In this document: in pieces, positions 46,740-63,587 of the stretch
Numbering within the stretch: position 1 is the first letter of the stretch
Layout: the number at the start of each line of letters is the position of its first letter
Assembly: GCA_020137815.1 (NCBI GenBank)
Contig: CM035355.1
Location: forward strand, 1,240,001 to 1,304,000
Direction of reading: 5' to 3'
Origin: Hormiphora californensis
Taxonomy: Eukaryota; Animalia; Ctenophora
DNA length: 64,000 nt
Notes under the pieces: model-generated
Database searches by the model: none
What the model saw: only the letters and a program-made list of their open reading frames with translations
Told to the model about the DNA's origin: nothing
Position numbers and translations under genes: made by a program

Positions 46740-46947
46740 ATTAAATAGGGAAGAAAATCGAAAAATACTGGGTTTTGACCGGGAATTGAATCAGGGACCT
46801 CCAGAGAGACATGCTCGGAGCTATACCACTAAGCTACCAAACCCTATGTAGGGTAGCTTAGTGGTATAGCTCCGAGCATGTCTCTGGAGGTCCCTGGTTC
46901 AATTCCCGGTCAAACCCAGTATTTTTCGATTTTCTTCCCTATTTAAT
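46740..46947. mobile_element. Head-to-head inverted pair of tRNA-derived (Ala-like) SINE heads
   Basis: A box TAGCTTAGTGG and B box GGTTCAATTCC; acceptor stem GGTTTGG/TCAAACC; arms at 46740-46838 and 46852-46947; the anticodon arm is non-canonical. Confidence 0.7.
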
Positions 46948-48026
46948 TTTATTTTTGTCTCAGTTAAAACATATTTTTCTTGAAATTCTACAAGTATGTA
47001 CTTTTACTTAGAATCAATCTCAGATCCTAGGGAGGGAGAGATAGAGGGAGGGGAGAGAAAAGGAGACCTCTTCTGTGGTTCCTCTGCCATTGCTTTGACA
47101 GCACGCGTGATGTAAAACTAGACTAAGCTCTCGCCTCTCCCCTTCATATTCTCCCCTAGTTTCTCCCTTCCTCTGTTTGATTCAACGATTTCCCTCCCTC
47201 ATTTTTTTTGCCCTGCTTCTTCACAGGTAACTACCAGTATGTGGCAACTTCGTTTGCGATTGCATCCCCCCTCTCTATTTCCTTGCCCTCTCACTTTCCT
47301 TTCTATCATGCCTCTCCCTTTCCTGGACAGCGAAACTTTTTCTATTCACTGTTGTAATATATGTCTTCCCATCAAGCTGTTGGCTCTGAAAATAATAATT
47401 ATGTGTGTTTATCTTATTAATCTTCTTCCATACATGGTTGTCAAGGGGACCTACCTGTCGAGTGTCGGCTGTCATAACCCTCACAATTATCTGATCAGTA
47501 TTGCCTTCTGCTACCTTCTTGCTCCATTAAGAGCTGGTTAATTTCATATCTACCTCGCTTATCAGCTCATCGGATTATTCACACTCGTCACACATAATGG
47601 TCTAATTCATCAACATTAGCATGCCATGACCCCCAAGTGCGCTTATTAAACTGCTTTGTCTCATATAAGACCGTCCTCTTCGCATCGGGCCGGATCTGAG
47701 TTTTGTGCTCAGCTAAGAGAGTGGCACCATGCAAATCAAATGCTGTCACGCACCAACTCTTCTTTCTCTTTAGTCTAAATGCGTCTCTCGCTTTTCCCTC
47801 TAGTTCTCTCCCTAGGTCAGCCAACAGACGAGGTTTACCCACACTCCCTTTATTCTCAGTGTACGCCCCAGTCACTCTTTCTTCCATTACCTCCTACTTA
47901 AACAATAGCGACCCTTAGTTAGCCCCCCTAGTTAGCTCTTTATTGCAGTAGGACAGCTCGCCGTTATGTTTGGTATCACGTACACTCAACGAGGCTGTCT
48001 CCTTATTCAAATAATCATTTGAAATA

Positions 48027-48198
48027 CAGTCGGACCCCGATTTACCGGGATGCTCGGGGGAAAGGGTTTTGCCCGGTAAATCGGGGTGCCCGGTATATCG
48101 GGGTCAAATACCGTTAATTTCCTATATTGGGGGAAATTTACCCTCCCGGTAAATCGGGGTTCCGTTAAATCGGGGCCCGGTAAATCGGGGTCCGACTG
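48027..48198. mobile_element. CAGTCGGAC-family MITE
   Basis: Same TIR family, TA flanks. Confidence 0.85.
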
Positions 48199-48952
48199 TA
48201 TTGCCAACTAAATAAAATGTCTCCTGGCATGCTGAAATTTTGAATGGTTGGAATCCGGTGAACCTTGTTCGTCCCTGTTTCACCACGCCCCGCACGGTGA
48301 ACCCAGGTGGGTTAAGAAAACCTGAGGCACTTGCTGATATCACGTATCTTCTTCTTGAGGCTGAGATGTAGCTCAAACGGCTTCGTTCCCCAGTCTGGTT
48401 GTCAAGGGGTACTGATCGGCCATCAGTGACAAGGCACTATGTGGTCATGTCCGATAGGCTCGCGAGATCTCCCAATTTTGAGACAAAACGCGCAGCAGAG
48501 GCCCAGATTTGACCCAGATCCGTTCTCATTGCGCGTTTTTACGTGTAAAAGCAGCGCTGACAAGAGATTTTTTAGCACAAACGTCGCATTAAATGTATGA
48601 CCGCATAGGACCGGTTTTAAACTACGGGTTGTAAAGTGACCTCTAGCCCTATAGCTTTCTTTTGATACCAAACTTTAGTCTGCGCTTTGAACAGACGCCT
48701 GTTTTTGGGCTATAGGGCGAACTTTGATTCAATCTTGTCAAAAATCTATCGCATTTTTTACTGAATTGTGGGTATCAAAATGATCTTTAGACGATTCCCT
48801 ACAATTGTCATACATCTTTCAGAACATAAGAAAGCACACGCAGGCGTGCACGCTCCCCTAAAGTGGCTTACAAAATCGCGCAAAACACAGAAAAACGGGT
48901 GATTCCTATCGGACAAATGCGCGTTTTGACCACATAGTGCAAGGTCAGTTAC

Positions 48953-49061
48953 CAGGAACCGACCGATACAAGTAAACAACCAATAAGAACTCAGTATTTA
49001 GGTTACGTGACTGGTTATCAGCCAATCAGGGACCAGTATTTCCTGTTTCGGTCGGTTCCTG
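48953..49061. mobile_element. 109-bp hAT-like MITE, second copy
   Basis: Same sequence family as 14125-14233; TSD TCAGTTAC at 48945-48952 and 49062-49069. Confidence 0.85.
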
Positions 49062-50288
49062 TCAGTTACCTTTCCTAGTTCAGGGTGTAGAATGTTTTCT
49101 GCCCTCCGGTAAGACTTGATCATAGTCTTCCGGAAGGGCAGGTAGGTTTTGATGTTGATTGAGCAAGCAAATGATTTTGGGGGTTGACAAAGTACCAGAA
49201 GGAAAGCTGTAGAGTAGTGGACGGGTAGAAGTGATGCTGATAGCTTGAAGGAGGTGGGATTATACAAGATGAGCTGTTAGAGTGGGAGACAGAATGATGC
49301 ATATTATCAATGCGGTTTCCAAAAATACTGATTTCTAAACAGTAAACCCTGATTGACCTTTTTAGCACGTGATCATCCAAGTGAATGCTACCAGAACCTT
49401 TTTTATCTTTTAAGGAACGTGAGCACCTTATTGAAGCTTTGTTTTGTAAGTTTTTGTTAGTTTTTTGGTTGAGGACGTCGACCCGAGACATAGAAAGGAC
49501 AGTTCTGGACAGACTCATATCAGACAGTGTATATTGAGGAGCAAGCTGAACGTCGAGTTTTAGTAGAGAGAGAGAGATAGAGAGAGATATGTGTAAATAT
49601 TGCCCTTTTTACTGCTGTATTTGTATGTAAGGACACGGTGATGTAACATGGTCAATGCACATATACAAGACCTCACACGTCTTCGGGCCTTATCTTAACG
49701 AGCTATACGATCCCGAATCCTCTCCTAGTTTGGTCTGTGTTCTTGATATTATATATGTTATTGCGGCGCATGCCACTTCCAGCGGCAGTTTGAATGAATG
49801 AATGAAAGAAGGCACGCCCTTTAGGTGCACTATATTAGATTTGGAAACTAATTTGTCTCTATATATGACCTCCTAAGTGCTTGAACCACTCTAACGGAAA
49901 CCACCGTTGTGAGCCCGTGAGGGAAACCAGTTTTATGTGGAAATATTCCGTTTTAAAAATGGTGTCCCCCACACTCAGGTACAAAAATGTGCACAGGGGG
50001 TCAAGTGGACACATCCTTTTTGTCATTCCCATCTATAGTGTGTCTATCACATACCTCTGATCATCCTCTCTCACAAAATTTTTTTTATGTGTGCCTTTTT
50101 AGTTTCCCCCCCCTCGTTCTTTTTTGATTGATCCTACTCTCTTTCTCTCTTCTTTCTTCTTTTTCTCTCTCTCTCTTTCTCTTTTTCTTTTCTCTCTCTC
50201 TTTCTTTTTTTCCTCATCTTTCTCTTCTTTCCCCTTTCCTCTCCTTTCTCCCCTTTTCCCCTCCTCTCATTCTCTTTTTCCTTTTCCC

Positions 50289-50334
<46 letters not shown>

Positions 50335-50560
50335 TCTCTCTCTCTCTCTGATTTGGATGGGTGCACAGCTGAGCATGATCATTCGTTTATGCCTTTTTTG
50401 TACAACAATATTTTCAATTTTCCTTTTTCTGTAATACGTCAAATATATGCAGTTCAAGCATACTGATAGTTCCTCGTTGTTTTTAGAAAAGAACAGACAT
50501 AGTTTGCTTGAATCAATAAGTTGACCAATCGGGCTTTTTTTGAGTCGCATAGTTCTGATA

Positions 50561-50806
50561 CAATGAAATAGTGTTTATTTAGGACTGTAGACGACTCGGA
50601 GATTTTTTTCAGGAAAAATAATTTGGGGGCGGTTTTTGACGGGTTTTACGTCTCATCAGCTCAAATTTAAATTTTTTTAAAAGTAGTGTTGAAAAAATTT
50701 TAAACTTTCCAAAACTCTTAAAAAAAAATTAATTTCAATTTATGATTTGGAAAGTTTAAATAAATCTCCGAGTCGTCTACAGTCCTAAATAAACACTATT
50801 TCATTG
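50561..50806. mobile_element. TA-flanked MITE with TIRs of about 45 bp
   Basis: CAATGAAATAGTGTTTATTTAGGACTGTAGACGACTCGGAGATTT and its reverse complement. Confidence 0.8.
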
Positions 50807-50950
50807 TATACTGTAGTTTGCTTGGTTATCTAGTCTTTTAATCTACTACTAGATCTGTAACTATAGTTTTTTTAAATTAAATCTTTCCAGTTTCGTTGCT
50901 GAAATATCTAGGTAGTTTGTTGATAGTATAATGTAGTTTCTCCCTACTAG

Positions 50951-51155
50951 CCTGGTAACATGACAGAAAAACGAAAAGCTGACGAGCACCGGCGAGTACT
51001 TGAGGAGAAGCTGCTTGGGATCCGTTGGGATCAGTCCAATCTTGCTCTTAGCGTGTCTGCCATGGGCAAGGTGATGGCGGGTGCACCTGAACTTGATCCA
51101 GCTCAAGAGGCAGACAAACGGACCCGAGTGAAGAGAGTCCAGAGCCTGCCAGTCG
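50951..51155 (+). CDS. Possible internal exon of an unidentified gene
   Basis: ccctactag acceptor, open frame PGNMTEKRKADEHRRVLEEKLLGIRW...RVQSLPV, gtaagt donor. Confidence 0.35.
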
Positions 51156-54100
51156 AGTAAGTACCTAGCTTTATGGTATTGATCCTTAGTATGATAATTA
51201 AAGTAAGAATCTGCAATGACAGACTGTAGGGGACAATAATAACTCACACATAGTACCTATGTAGGTGTCACACACACACGACAAATCAGTTGTTATCATC
51301 AAGATAGTATAGAAAGTAATTACAATGAGATGAACACTCTGTGTGTGTACTGTGTGTGTACTGTGTTCAGTATACTTGCTATGGCTCACCTTATTTCCAC
51401 GCACCATGTCCGTAAGAAAATAGTTCGCACACCTGGTGATGGGGGCCAGGGATTTTCACACCACACCTGATATGTGGCGATACCTGATACATCATTAGCT
51501 AGTCCATGGAGTCGTGGGGACCAACCTTCGTGATCACAGCTGCAGTTCGGTCATACACAATCATTAAAATATGGATTTTGACTTCTATTTTCATGATTAA
51601 TGAACATTCGTTTCTAATCGTGTATTACACATGCGTGTGTTTCGATAGAGCTATCATCATGTGTGGGTGTTGTTTGTATTATCAGCAGATGAGTAATTAA
51701 AGGTATATGACAGTAATTTCTGGACTCTTCCCGATACGTTGCTTTCTCTTTTCACTTTTCAGTGATGGCACGAACTACGCAGTTCCCAAAAATTTAATTT
51801 TGTTGGGCCTTTTTTTTTACCTATAACTGGGAATTTGTGACAAGTGAAACAATTTTAGACTTTAAACCCCTTTCCCAAGAGAAAGGGGTGGTATTTTTGG
51901 TTTTTCAATGTTTGTCGTTGCGTTACGAGGGACAGCTCCGCCCCTACATATCAGTATTTAATTTACAGTGTTTTCACAGTGTTTTCGCTGGTCGGTAAAG
52001 TTATTTGGGTATATGGAACGTTGCTGCAGTCTCATAATATATATAAATAAACTATAGGGGAGCCCCAAAAAATGATGGGGTAAATTCTTTATTAAAAGTA
52101 ACCCAGAAACAGCTTCCCTCTCATTTTTCCCTTATCCCATCTTCATCTGGTTTTCCCAAAAAATTTTTTAACTTTTTGGGAGGAAAATTCAAGACTTCAT
52201 TATATCATACTATATTCATATAATGAAGTAACATACAGAGAGTGAGAGAGAGAGAGAGAGAGAGGGAGAGAGAAGAGGGGAGAGAAGGGGAAAAGAGGGA
52301 GAGCAAGGGCGAAACGAGGGGGAAGGCTTATTTTATACACTGTGGACCATGAGCCCCTTTATTCGAGAAGTGTCTTAAAGAAACTTGAAATTTTTTTGGG
52401 GGTCCTAATTTTTAAAAAAAAAAGACCCTTCCAAATGTGTCCCCACGAGCATTATCCGCTTTTACTTTGTCTTCATTTTAATTCTCCCCTCTTTCTCTCT
52501 CTTCCCCTCTCTCTCTCTCTCTCCCCTTCCTTCCCCTTTTCTCTCCTCTCCTCCTCTCTCTCTCTCAGCTCTCTTTTTTCCCCTTTTTTCCTGTCCAAAA
52601 AACTTATCACCTAATCTCTGTATTTTTGCCCTTTTTTCTCTCTCTTTCCTTTTTATCTTTTTCTTTCTCTCACTTCTCAATCTCTCCTCCTCTCTCTCCC
52701 TCACCTCTCCCTTTTTCTCTCTTCTCTCTACACTCTATAAAATCTTCTATGAAAGGTAGCTTTTTGGTGGGCCCATTTCCATATGCTTTTAAAGTTGGTC
52801 CCATTCCCGCACTTTTTAACCCTTTTTGATGGGTTTCCTCCCAAAAAGGGGAAGGGGGGAACGGGCCCCCCCCCTTTTTTCCCCCCCCCCGGGGGGGAAA
52901 AAAAAAAAGGGGGGGGGGGGTCTCTCTGGCCCCTCTCCTCTCCTTTCTGTTGGTCTTTCTCTCCTCCCCTCTCTCTCTCTCTCTCCTCTTCTCCTACTCT
53001 CTTCGGTCCCTCCCCTCTCTCTTTAAACTATCCCCTCCCCTATTTTGTATCTGGTGGTTTTAGGGATGATTCGACCTTTATCATTTGCTTTTGCAAGTTG
53101 GGAGACTACCTTTGGGGTACACAGTAGTTTTTGGGCCCATGGCAATAATACTGCTGAATGTCACGATTCCTACTTTTTCTTCATATCTATCTTTCTTCCT
53201 TGCCTTTTTATTCCTTTCTTTCTCGTTGTCTTACTGTCTCTCTAGCCTTCTCTCTATATCGCCGTTACAGTTTGTGATGGTATCGATAGTTTTTGTATCT
53301 CTCTGTCATTTGGCAGTTGCAATTTATAATACACGATCGTTTTTCCACTGGAGTAAATTTTTTCCACAAACGTTGCTCAAGCCACGGACCTTGTATTTAA
53401 TATATGCATGTTATTTAAGAGGTTTTTTGAGATTCTAAAAAAAAATTTCCCAGAGACGAGAGGGAGAAGGGGAGAGAGGGGAGAGAGAGAGAGGGGAGGA
53501 GAGAGAAAAGAGGGGAAAAAGAGGAGGAGAGAGAGAGAGAGAGAGAGAGAGAGGGGAAAAGAGAGAGGAGGGGAGAGAGAGAGAGGGGATTTTAAAAAAA
53601 AACCGTGGTGACTGGTGGTTTATAATTCTGACTTGCTGTCCCACATACAGATAATCTGGCCTACTAAGCACCTGTACCGTTCATTGCTATACGTCCTTTA
53701 TATTCTTCTGCTCCCAATCTCTCTCACAATCACTCTCACTCACTCCCTATCACTCTCTATCTATCTCTTTCTCTCTCTCTCTCTATCTCTCTCTCTCTCT
53801 CTCTCTTCCTCTCTTTAACTTTCTCTTACTTTTTGCTAATGTCCCCGCTACCATAGCCCCCCGCAAAACCCATTTCTCTCACCTCCCTCCTCGGATATAC
53901 CTCTGCTCTCCCGTCTTTCCCTTGGGCCCCCTCTTCTCGTGAGTCCCTAGTACTCCAAAGCGGTTTTTTTCTCTCTTCGAAACAAACCCCCACTGAAAAG
54001 TCAGCGAGTTTTTAAAAGAAGAAGATAGTGAGAGGGCCCGAGAAAGGGGGGAGAGGAGAGAGGGGGGGGGGAGAGGGAGACGATGAGAGAGATAGAGCGA

Positions 54101-55422
54101 GGGAGAGAGAGGAAAAAGAAATTTCCCGGGATGATTTGAGAAAAAAAGATGGGGATTTTATTATCTCATAAAATTTTTTGGGTTTTGGGTACTAATACTT
54201 TTTTTCCCGCTGGGGGTTTTTTGATTTTGTTGAACAAATTATAAAAACCACAGTTTGACGATCGTTGGTACAAAATATTTCTCTCTCTCCTCTTTTCACC
54301 CCTCTCTCTCTCTCTCTCTTTCTTTTCAACATTTTAGAAAATCAAAATTGCCGTTGCTGCTATTTTTTTTTATCGCTCTGATCGTTACGTTTTTTGGGAA
54401 CTGGGGTCACCGTTAAACATGATGACGTTTGCAGTAAAATTGTTGCCTCAAAAAATTTTGCGGACTCTAGTGTTTCACTTTTAAGTCCCAAAGAGGAATC
54501 TATATCTAAAATTTTGATTTTTGATAAAGAGTTTCCCAAAAAGTTCTAAAACTCTAGGGGGGACTCTTTATCTAAAAAAATCTTAAAAAAAGGGGGGATC
54601 TTTTCTAAAAAGTCTAAAAAAAGGGCTTTATACACAAATTTAAAATTTAGTTTATAGAGTCGCCTTTCGCTGCGAACTCGGATTTCGGCCGTCAGGCCGG
54701 AAACGAGGTTTTGCCTACCCCTAAAAATTTTAGAAGTGTTAGGGCCGTTATTTGGGTTCGAGGTTAGGGTTGGGTTTGTGTTGGGGGTGGGTTTTTTGGG
54801 GTTGGTTAGAATTTTAGCAAGGTGGGTTTTTGGGGATTTGGCGCCAAAATTTACTAGAGGACTCTATACTAAAAATTTTACGCAGCGCAGACTCTTTATC
54901 AAAAAAGTCTACACAGGGGGGACTTTTATCTAAACTTTTTTTAAAAATAAAACTGTGATAAAGAGCCCCGTTTTTAGATAAGAGCCGCCGGGATTTAGAA
55001 AAGAGTCTTTTAGCACTAGAGTCCGCCCCACCGTGCTCAACGACTCTGCCCCAAAAAGTTTCCCGTGCTTTGAATTTAGAATTTTTAGGGGCAATCTAAT
55101 TTCCTTACTAAATGTACTAAGGGCCCCCACACCAAAAAGAAAATTTCCAAAAACTCCTGGGGGGAGGTTGAAATTGGCTTTAATTGAAAATTGTATGGGG
55201 GGCGAGTCGGGGCTTTTAAGCTCATTTTAACCGTTAGCCCTTTTTGGTTTAAGGTCAAAATTCGGTTTTTCCCCCTTTTTAGCCCTTTGAAACCGAAAAA
55301 AAACGGCCCCCAAAAAGATTAAAATAGACTAAAATCCGGTCGACCACCCTAAATTGACTTTGCCTACCCGTGAAAATTTTTAAAACCCTTCCCAAATGGT
55401 ATGGCCATACGCTAAAAAAAAA

Positions 55423-58166
<2,744 letters not shown>

Positions 58167-59795
58167 ATTTCTTTGAACTACCTCTCTAGCTCCTGAATTG
58201 GTAACTGTGAGCTGTATTATGGCACGCCGCTCTAAAAGGGCTTTCTCAGCTCCTTCAGAGTCGGCCATCCGGAATCATCTGGCAAATCTGTCCAGCACCT
58301 TCAGAAGGTAACTTATGTAGTATTGATCCTTTTCAATGAACATATATCTATCTCAACACTTTTATATATAGTAAGCACTCATTAATTCATAATATGATTC
58401 ATCGTCAGGCAGCTGTTACCATGACCTTAAATGATTAATCGTTAGCAGCTGTAACAATAAAATCATTGTCAAATAGTTTTCATTCCAAGGACTTTCTTTT
58501 TGAATATAGCCCCCAGTATTGTAGCTTTCCCTACTGCAGCGCTACCATGTAGGATTTTATTATGCTTACAAGTTGTACCTTAAAACTTATAACACGAGAC
58601 CGAAGGTCGAGTGTTATAAGTGCAACAATAATGATCCGAGACCACAGGTCGAGGCAGATTATTGTACTTTAGTGCACGAGCCTGCGATATGTTAGTGTAA
58701 CAGGGAACTACCTCACGAGCCTGTGAGTGATGTAGTTTTACTTTTTAACCGAGCCTGTGAGGTCTAAAAGTATAAGAATCTGGGACATTATTGTTGACGT
58801 CAGGAACAACGGATATTGGCGTAATAAAATTGCACTGTTAAATTTTTAAAACAAGAGTGAGAGACAGTTTAGGGCGTAACAATAGATAAGGTAGCAGGTA
58901 GAGATATATCAGTATAAGATAAGATAACGCCTGAGAAAGGTAAAGAGAGTGAGAGATAAGTGAGCGTGAGAGAGATAGAAAATGTGTGTAGGACCGGGAG
59001 TTCGTAACTGTTATCTTTATCTCGGTGCTGCAACGGCGTGAGAGTGTGCATAAAGAAAGAAAGAAGGAGCGGTGTTAAATTTTTCATGTATCACTGCTAG
59101 CAGTCATACATGAAAAATATACCACTGCTACCAGTCATGCATGAAAAATGTAACACAGCCAAGCAGCATGATTTTATTATACATACCTCAAAATTTTACA
59201 ACGCCTATAATATATTGTGACTTTCAAATCTCTAAGGGCGTCTCGTCTGATCCAAATTAATACTCACTTATTTTTCAATTTAATTCCTAGTTTGGCACCT
59301 GTAATTTGACACTACCCTCCTTTCCTTCAACAAGTTAGTGTGTGTCCGAGGCGATTTCATCATTTCACTTTATTCTACCGCCTTGTTTGTTGTTTGCAGT
59401 AGTTCCAGAGTAGAAATTAGTTGATTTTATTGGTGTCAGTTGTTCTTAACATTAGACAGATTTGCTTATTTTTTGTCGATGAGTCATGGGATGTTCGAAT
59501 CTCACTATTTGCTTCTTGTATCCCCCACAATTATTGTTGACTAGTGATGTGAAATTATATTGAGTACTGAGGTGTGCAATGTGCATAGTATTTTAGTGTT
59601 GTGTCTAGTGTACATGTGTGTAGCGTCCACATGTATCTCCGTTTGTGTGTGATGTGTATGAAATCGTACCCATGTGTACGCTTTTCTATGGCTTCGATCC
59701 AGTCTCAGTGTATCCCGTATCCGAGCCATGATCAAACAATAATTGTAGACCTGGCTGAAACACGAAGTCCATAAGGTCTGCATACATATTCGGTA

Positions 59796-61194
59796 CCGTA
59801 ATCTGGGGTAACTTTGTTTTGCAGGGTAACTTTGGACACTTTCAAAATTTGGCTTTAGTCCAAAATTACCAACCGATAACGACAGATTTGGCATAATTTT
59901 CGGGTGTACAAGTAATTGACCCACAAATGTCTAACTAACGATACAATTATTTTTTTCAATTCTATGCTAATTAGCTCCTAATTAGGGGCAAACATAATTG
60001 ATGTCAAAATCGCTAAAAATGTTCAAATCAAAATGGGTACCATAGATTTGACCGGGCTAATGACCGAATCAAGTTTGCTCCATAGAGTGGAAGGGTTTCG
60101 ATCAAATAACTCGGGGCACCATTTTTCAAACCCGATCAATTACTTTAATTGAGGCTAATAGGGGTGGCTAATGTTACCCCACCATTTTTTGAATTTTGGG
60201 GTAACTTTGGACGGGGTGCCAAAGTTACCCCACACTATAGGTTTTGAACTTTTGATGTCTGTAGAGTTGCCTTAGACCCTCTCTGAATTGTTTAGGGCCA
60301 TATAACCGATATTCAGCCCACTCCACGCCCATTTCCATCCATCTATTCGATAGGTTAGTGAAAAAAAACTAGGATTTGGGACTATTTTATGGAGCTAAAT
60401 CACAGAAATCCGGCCTGAAGCCCATGAAACTTCAAATAATTTGGTGTTCCTCATCCATCTTGTAGCTTTTTAGATGGTATTGGATCTCTAGGCGAGTGTT
60501 CTAGTTCTTGTAGACAATCTATGCAGGAGCACAGGTACCAAAACTCGTTTATTTAGCCAGTACCCATAAATAGACCACTTCCTGTCTATCCAATTCAGCA
60601 AAAAGAACTAACACACTCGCCTAGAGGGCCAATACCATCTACCAAACTACAGGATGGATAAGGGACCCCAAATTACTGAAGTTTGATGGGTTTCATGCCG
60701 GATGTGGCAACCTTAAATCAAGTCTGATTGAGCTGAAATTTTATTTGGTGGCTAGTTTCATCATTCCTCACACCCAAAAAAATTGAGTCGACATCAACAA
60801 TTTTTTTTGAAATCATGGGGCGTTTGGCTTACCTTATTGTTCTTTTTTAATTTATTGACCCCATTTAAACATTTTAGGTTCATTTATTTATCATTGCAAA
60901 ATGTTCGGATTTATGTTTGTTTCAATATTACTATCGTGGGGTAACTTTGGACGGGTGTCCAAAGTTACCCCACCCTCATTCCAAAGTTACCCCATGCCCT
61001 AAAACCCCACCTACACTAAAATACAGGTTAATTAATGTAATTAAATGAGAGGGGACCAAAAATTTCACTAGTTATATCTGGTGTACTAGGTCTGGAACGG
61101 GATTATTTGGTTCAAAAATTTTCGAGTGTGGTTCTGGCAAGGAGTTATTTTAGGAGAACGCTAAAAAGTGGTACAAAGTTACCCCAACTTACGG
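59796..61194. mobile_element. 1.4-kb non-autonomous pogo-like DNA element (TA TSD)
   Basis: TIR CCGTAA..TGGGGTAACTTTGT / ACAAAGTTACCCCA..TTACGG; internal GGGGTAACTTTG...CAAAGTTACCCC hairpins at about 60197 and 60937; nested inverted repeat at about 60410-60702. Confidence 0.8.
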
Positions 61195-61654
61195 TATAGT
61201 ATATACCGAATGTGCCAAGTAATCAACTTCCTAGATAATAATTTAGTTCAGCTCCCTAACTAAATCTCTCTAACTAAATCTAACTAAATCTACCCCTCCA
61301 TAATAATAATAATATTGCACACCTGCACATGTTCACACCCTTTTTGCCCTTTGTGTAAGACCACATGGGACCAGGAGAGTCTCTTTCTAGTCGCCAGACT
61401 AAACGTTCCAATGGTGGGGATGTGACTGTTATGTGGGGTGAAACTTATAGCCTGTTAGATCGTAGAGAGAAAGAGGAAAGAGACAAGACATATAGCAAGA
61501 GCGAGAGAAAGAGAGAGAGAGAGACGACTAGATGAAGTCAGAGAGATAGACTCGCAGTAATCTATGAGGATATCATGAAATCTCTGGACCTCGGTTATTC
61601 AATCTATGTATAACACTGGCGAGATTCTGTCTGATTCCCTCAGATGAGGCTATG

Positions 61655-61746
<92 letters not shown>

Positions 61747-61850
61747 TTTTCATCTCATCACCTCACTCTTTCCATCATTGTCTTTGGCCTCATTCAACAT
61801 TAAACATACCCATTCTTCAAAACATTATTGTTTGCTGAACGTTCCTTTAT

Positions 61851-62391
61851 TTGGTTACATCCCAAATGTTGCTTTAGGCACATCCAAATTCCCAAGTGTT
61901 GCTGTGGTTATATCCAAAGTGTTGCTGTGGTTACATACCAAGTGTTGCCTTAGGCACATCCAAATTCCCAAGTGTTGCTGTGGTTTCATTCAGAGTGTTG
62001 CTGTGGTTATATCCAAAGTGTTGCTGTGGATACATCCAGAGTGTTGCTGTGGTTACATACCAAGTGTTGCTGTGGTTATATCCAAAGTGTTGCTGTGGTT
62101 ATATCCAGAGTGTTGCTGTGGTTACATCTACAGTGTTGCTGTGGTTACATACCAAGTGTTGCTGTGGTTACATCCAGAGTGTTGCTGTGGTTACATCCAG
62201 AGTGTTGCTGTGGTTACATACCAAGTGTTGCTGTGGTTACATACCAAGTGTTGCTGTGGTTACATACCAAGTGTTGCTGTGGTTATATCCAAAGTGTTGC
62301 TGTGGTTACATACCAAGTGTTGCTGTGGTTACATCCAGTGTGTTGCTGTGGTTACATACCAAGTGTTGCTGTGGTTACATCTACAGTGTTG
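61851..62391. repeat. 23-24-bp minisatellite (GTGTTGCTGTGGTTACATACCAA), about 20 units
   Basis: Directly visible; stop-free in all three + frames, which produces the spurious ORFs. Confidence 0.92.
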
Positions 62392-62671
62392 TTCCTATCC
62401 GGTTACCTTTATTTCACAACCCTCTAGAACCCTTCCAGCTTCCTGTGCGAATTTGACTCCAGTATTTATACTGCTCTTATCTATTCACCTGGCTACTGCG
62501 CTAGCAGGACTCGTGTCTCATGTCCTTTCCATATTTTACTGCCCCTGGTTGTTATGTTCTAACCCTCCTTTACATTTGTAACACAGTCTAGCTAAGCAAG
62601 CCCCTGGTACATTTGTTTAGTGGATTCCCACAAAAGTGACACGGTGACAAATTGTTTTTTAGTTGCTTATA

Positions 62672-62843
62672 CAGTCGGACCCCGATTTAGGGACACCCTC
62701 GGGGGAAAGGCTCTTGTCCACTAAATCGGGGTGTCTACTACTAAATCGGGGTCAAATAAGGTCAATTTCCTAATCGGGGGAAAAAATCCTGTCCCTAAAT
62801 CGGGGTGCCACTAAATCGGGGCCCCTAAATCGGGGTCCGACTG
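62672..62843. mobile_element. CAGTCGGAC-family MITE
   Basis: Same TIR family, TA flanks. Confidence 0.85.
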
Positions 62844-63112
62844 TATTGGAATCCTTCCAGTACGCGACTGATCATCACTATTCACATCATGTGAAGCATC
62901 TATTATGTAATAGCCCCATGTGCAGTTTCGCCAGTCCATATAAGGATTTGCAATAGACATTGCCGCGTTTTATATGTTACCTTCTCTACATATCTCACTC
63001 AAGTACATTCTCTACAGTATAGTCTCTCATTTTTCTTATTTGACCCAACTCATTGCCTTTCCAAGCTAATATTACAGTATAGAGGCAGCCCAATACTGTT
63101 ATAGTATCTCTT

Positions 63113-63283
<171 letters not shown>

Positions 63284-63538
63284 GCTATCCCTCTATCCCT
63301 CTACCACCTACCACTCCCGTTGATTACCCTCCAGTCGGTATTTGTGTGGCGTGAGAGATCGCCAGTACATAATGATGTGAGAGTGTGAGCACTGAGCACA
63401 GAGCACAGAGAGAGATGTGAGCACAGAGCACTCTTTTGATGCATGTACTTTGTGTTACAACTTACAAGGGACCTACCTTTCTTATGTTTCTCATATGCGA
63501 TTCATTTTGATAGAGACGGATTTTGAGAAAGCGAGAGA

Positions 63539-63587
<49 letters not shown>

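Noticed and set aside
46852-46918. Functional tRNA gene
   Set aside because: The anticodon arm pairs poorly and lacks U33, the plus copy lacks its 5' acceptor strand, and the minus copy has a mutated T-arm; SINE-like instead.
47588-49518. Minus-strand ORFs 47588-47887 and 49120-49518 as genes
   Set aside because: No recognisable domain or consistent exon chain; they may be TE or exon remnants but cannot be supported.
61652-62581. 309-aa and overlapping Cys-rich ORFs; CRISPR-like periodicity
   Set aside because: The stop-free 23-24-bp minisatellite is open in all three frames, has no unique spacers and no cas genes, and the context is eukaryotic.
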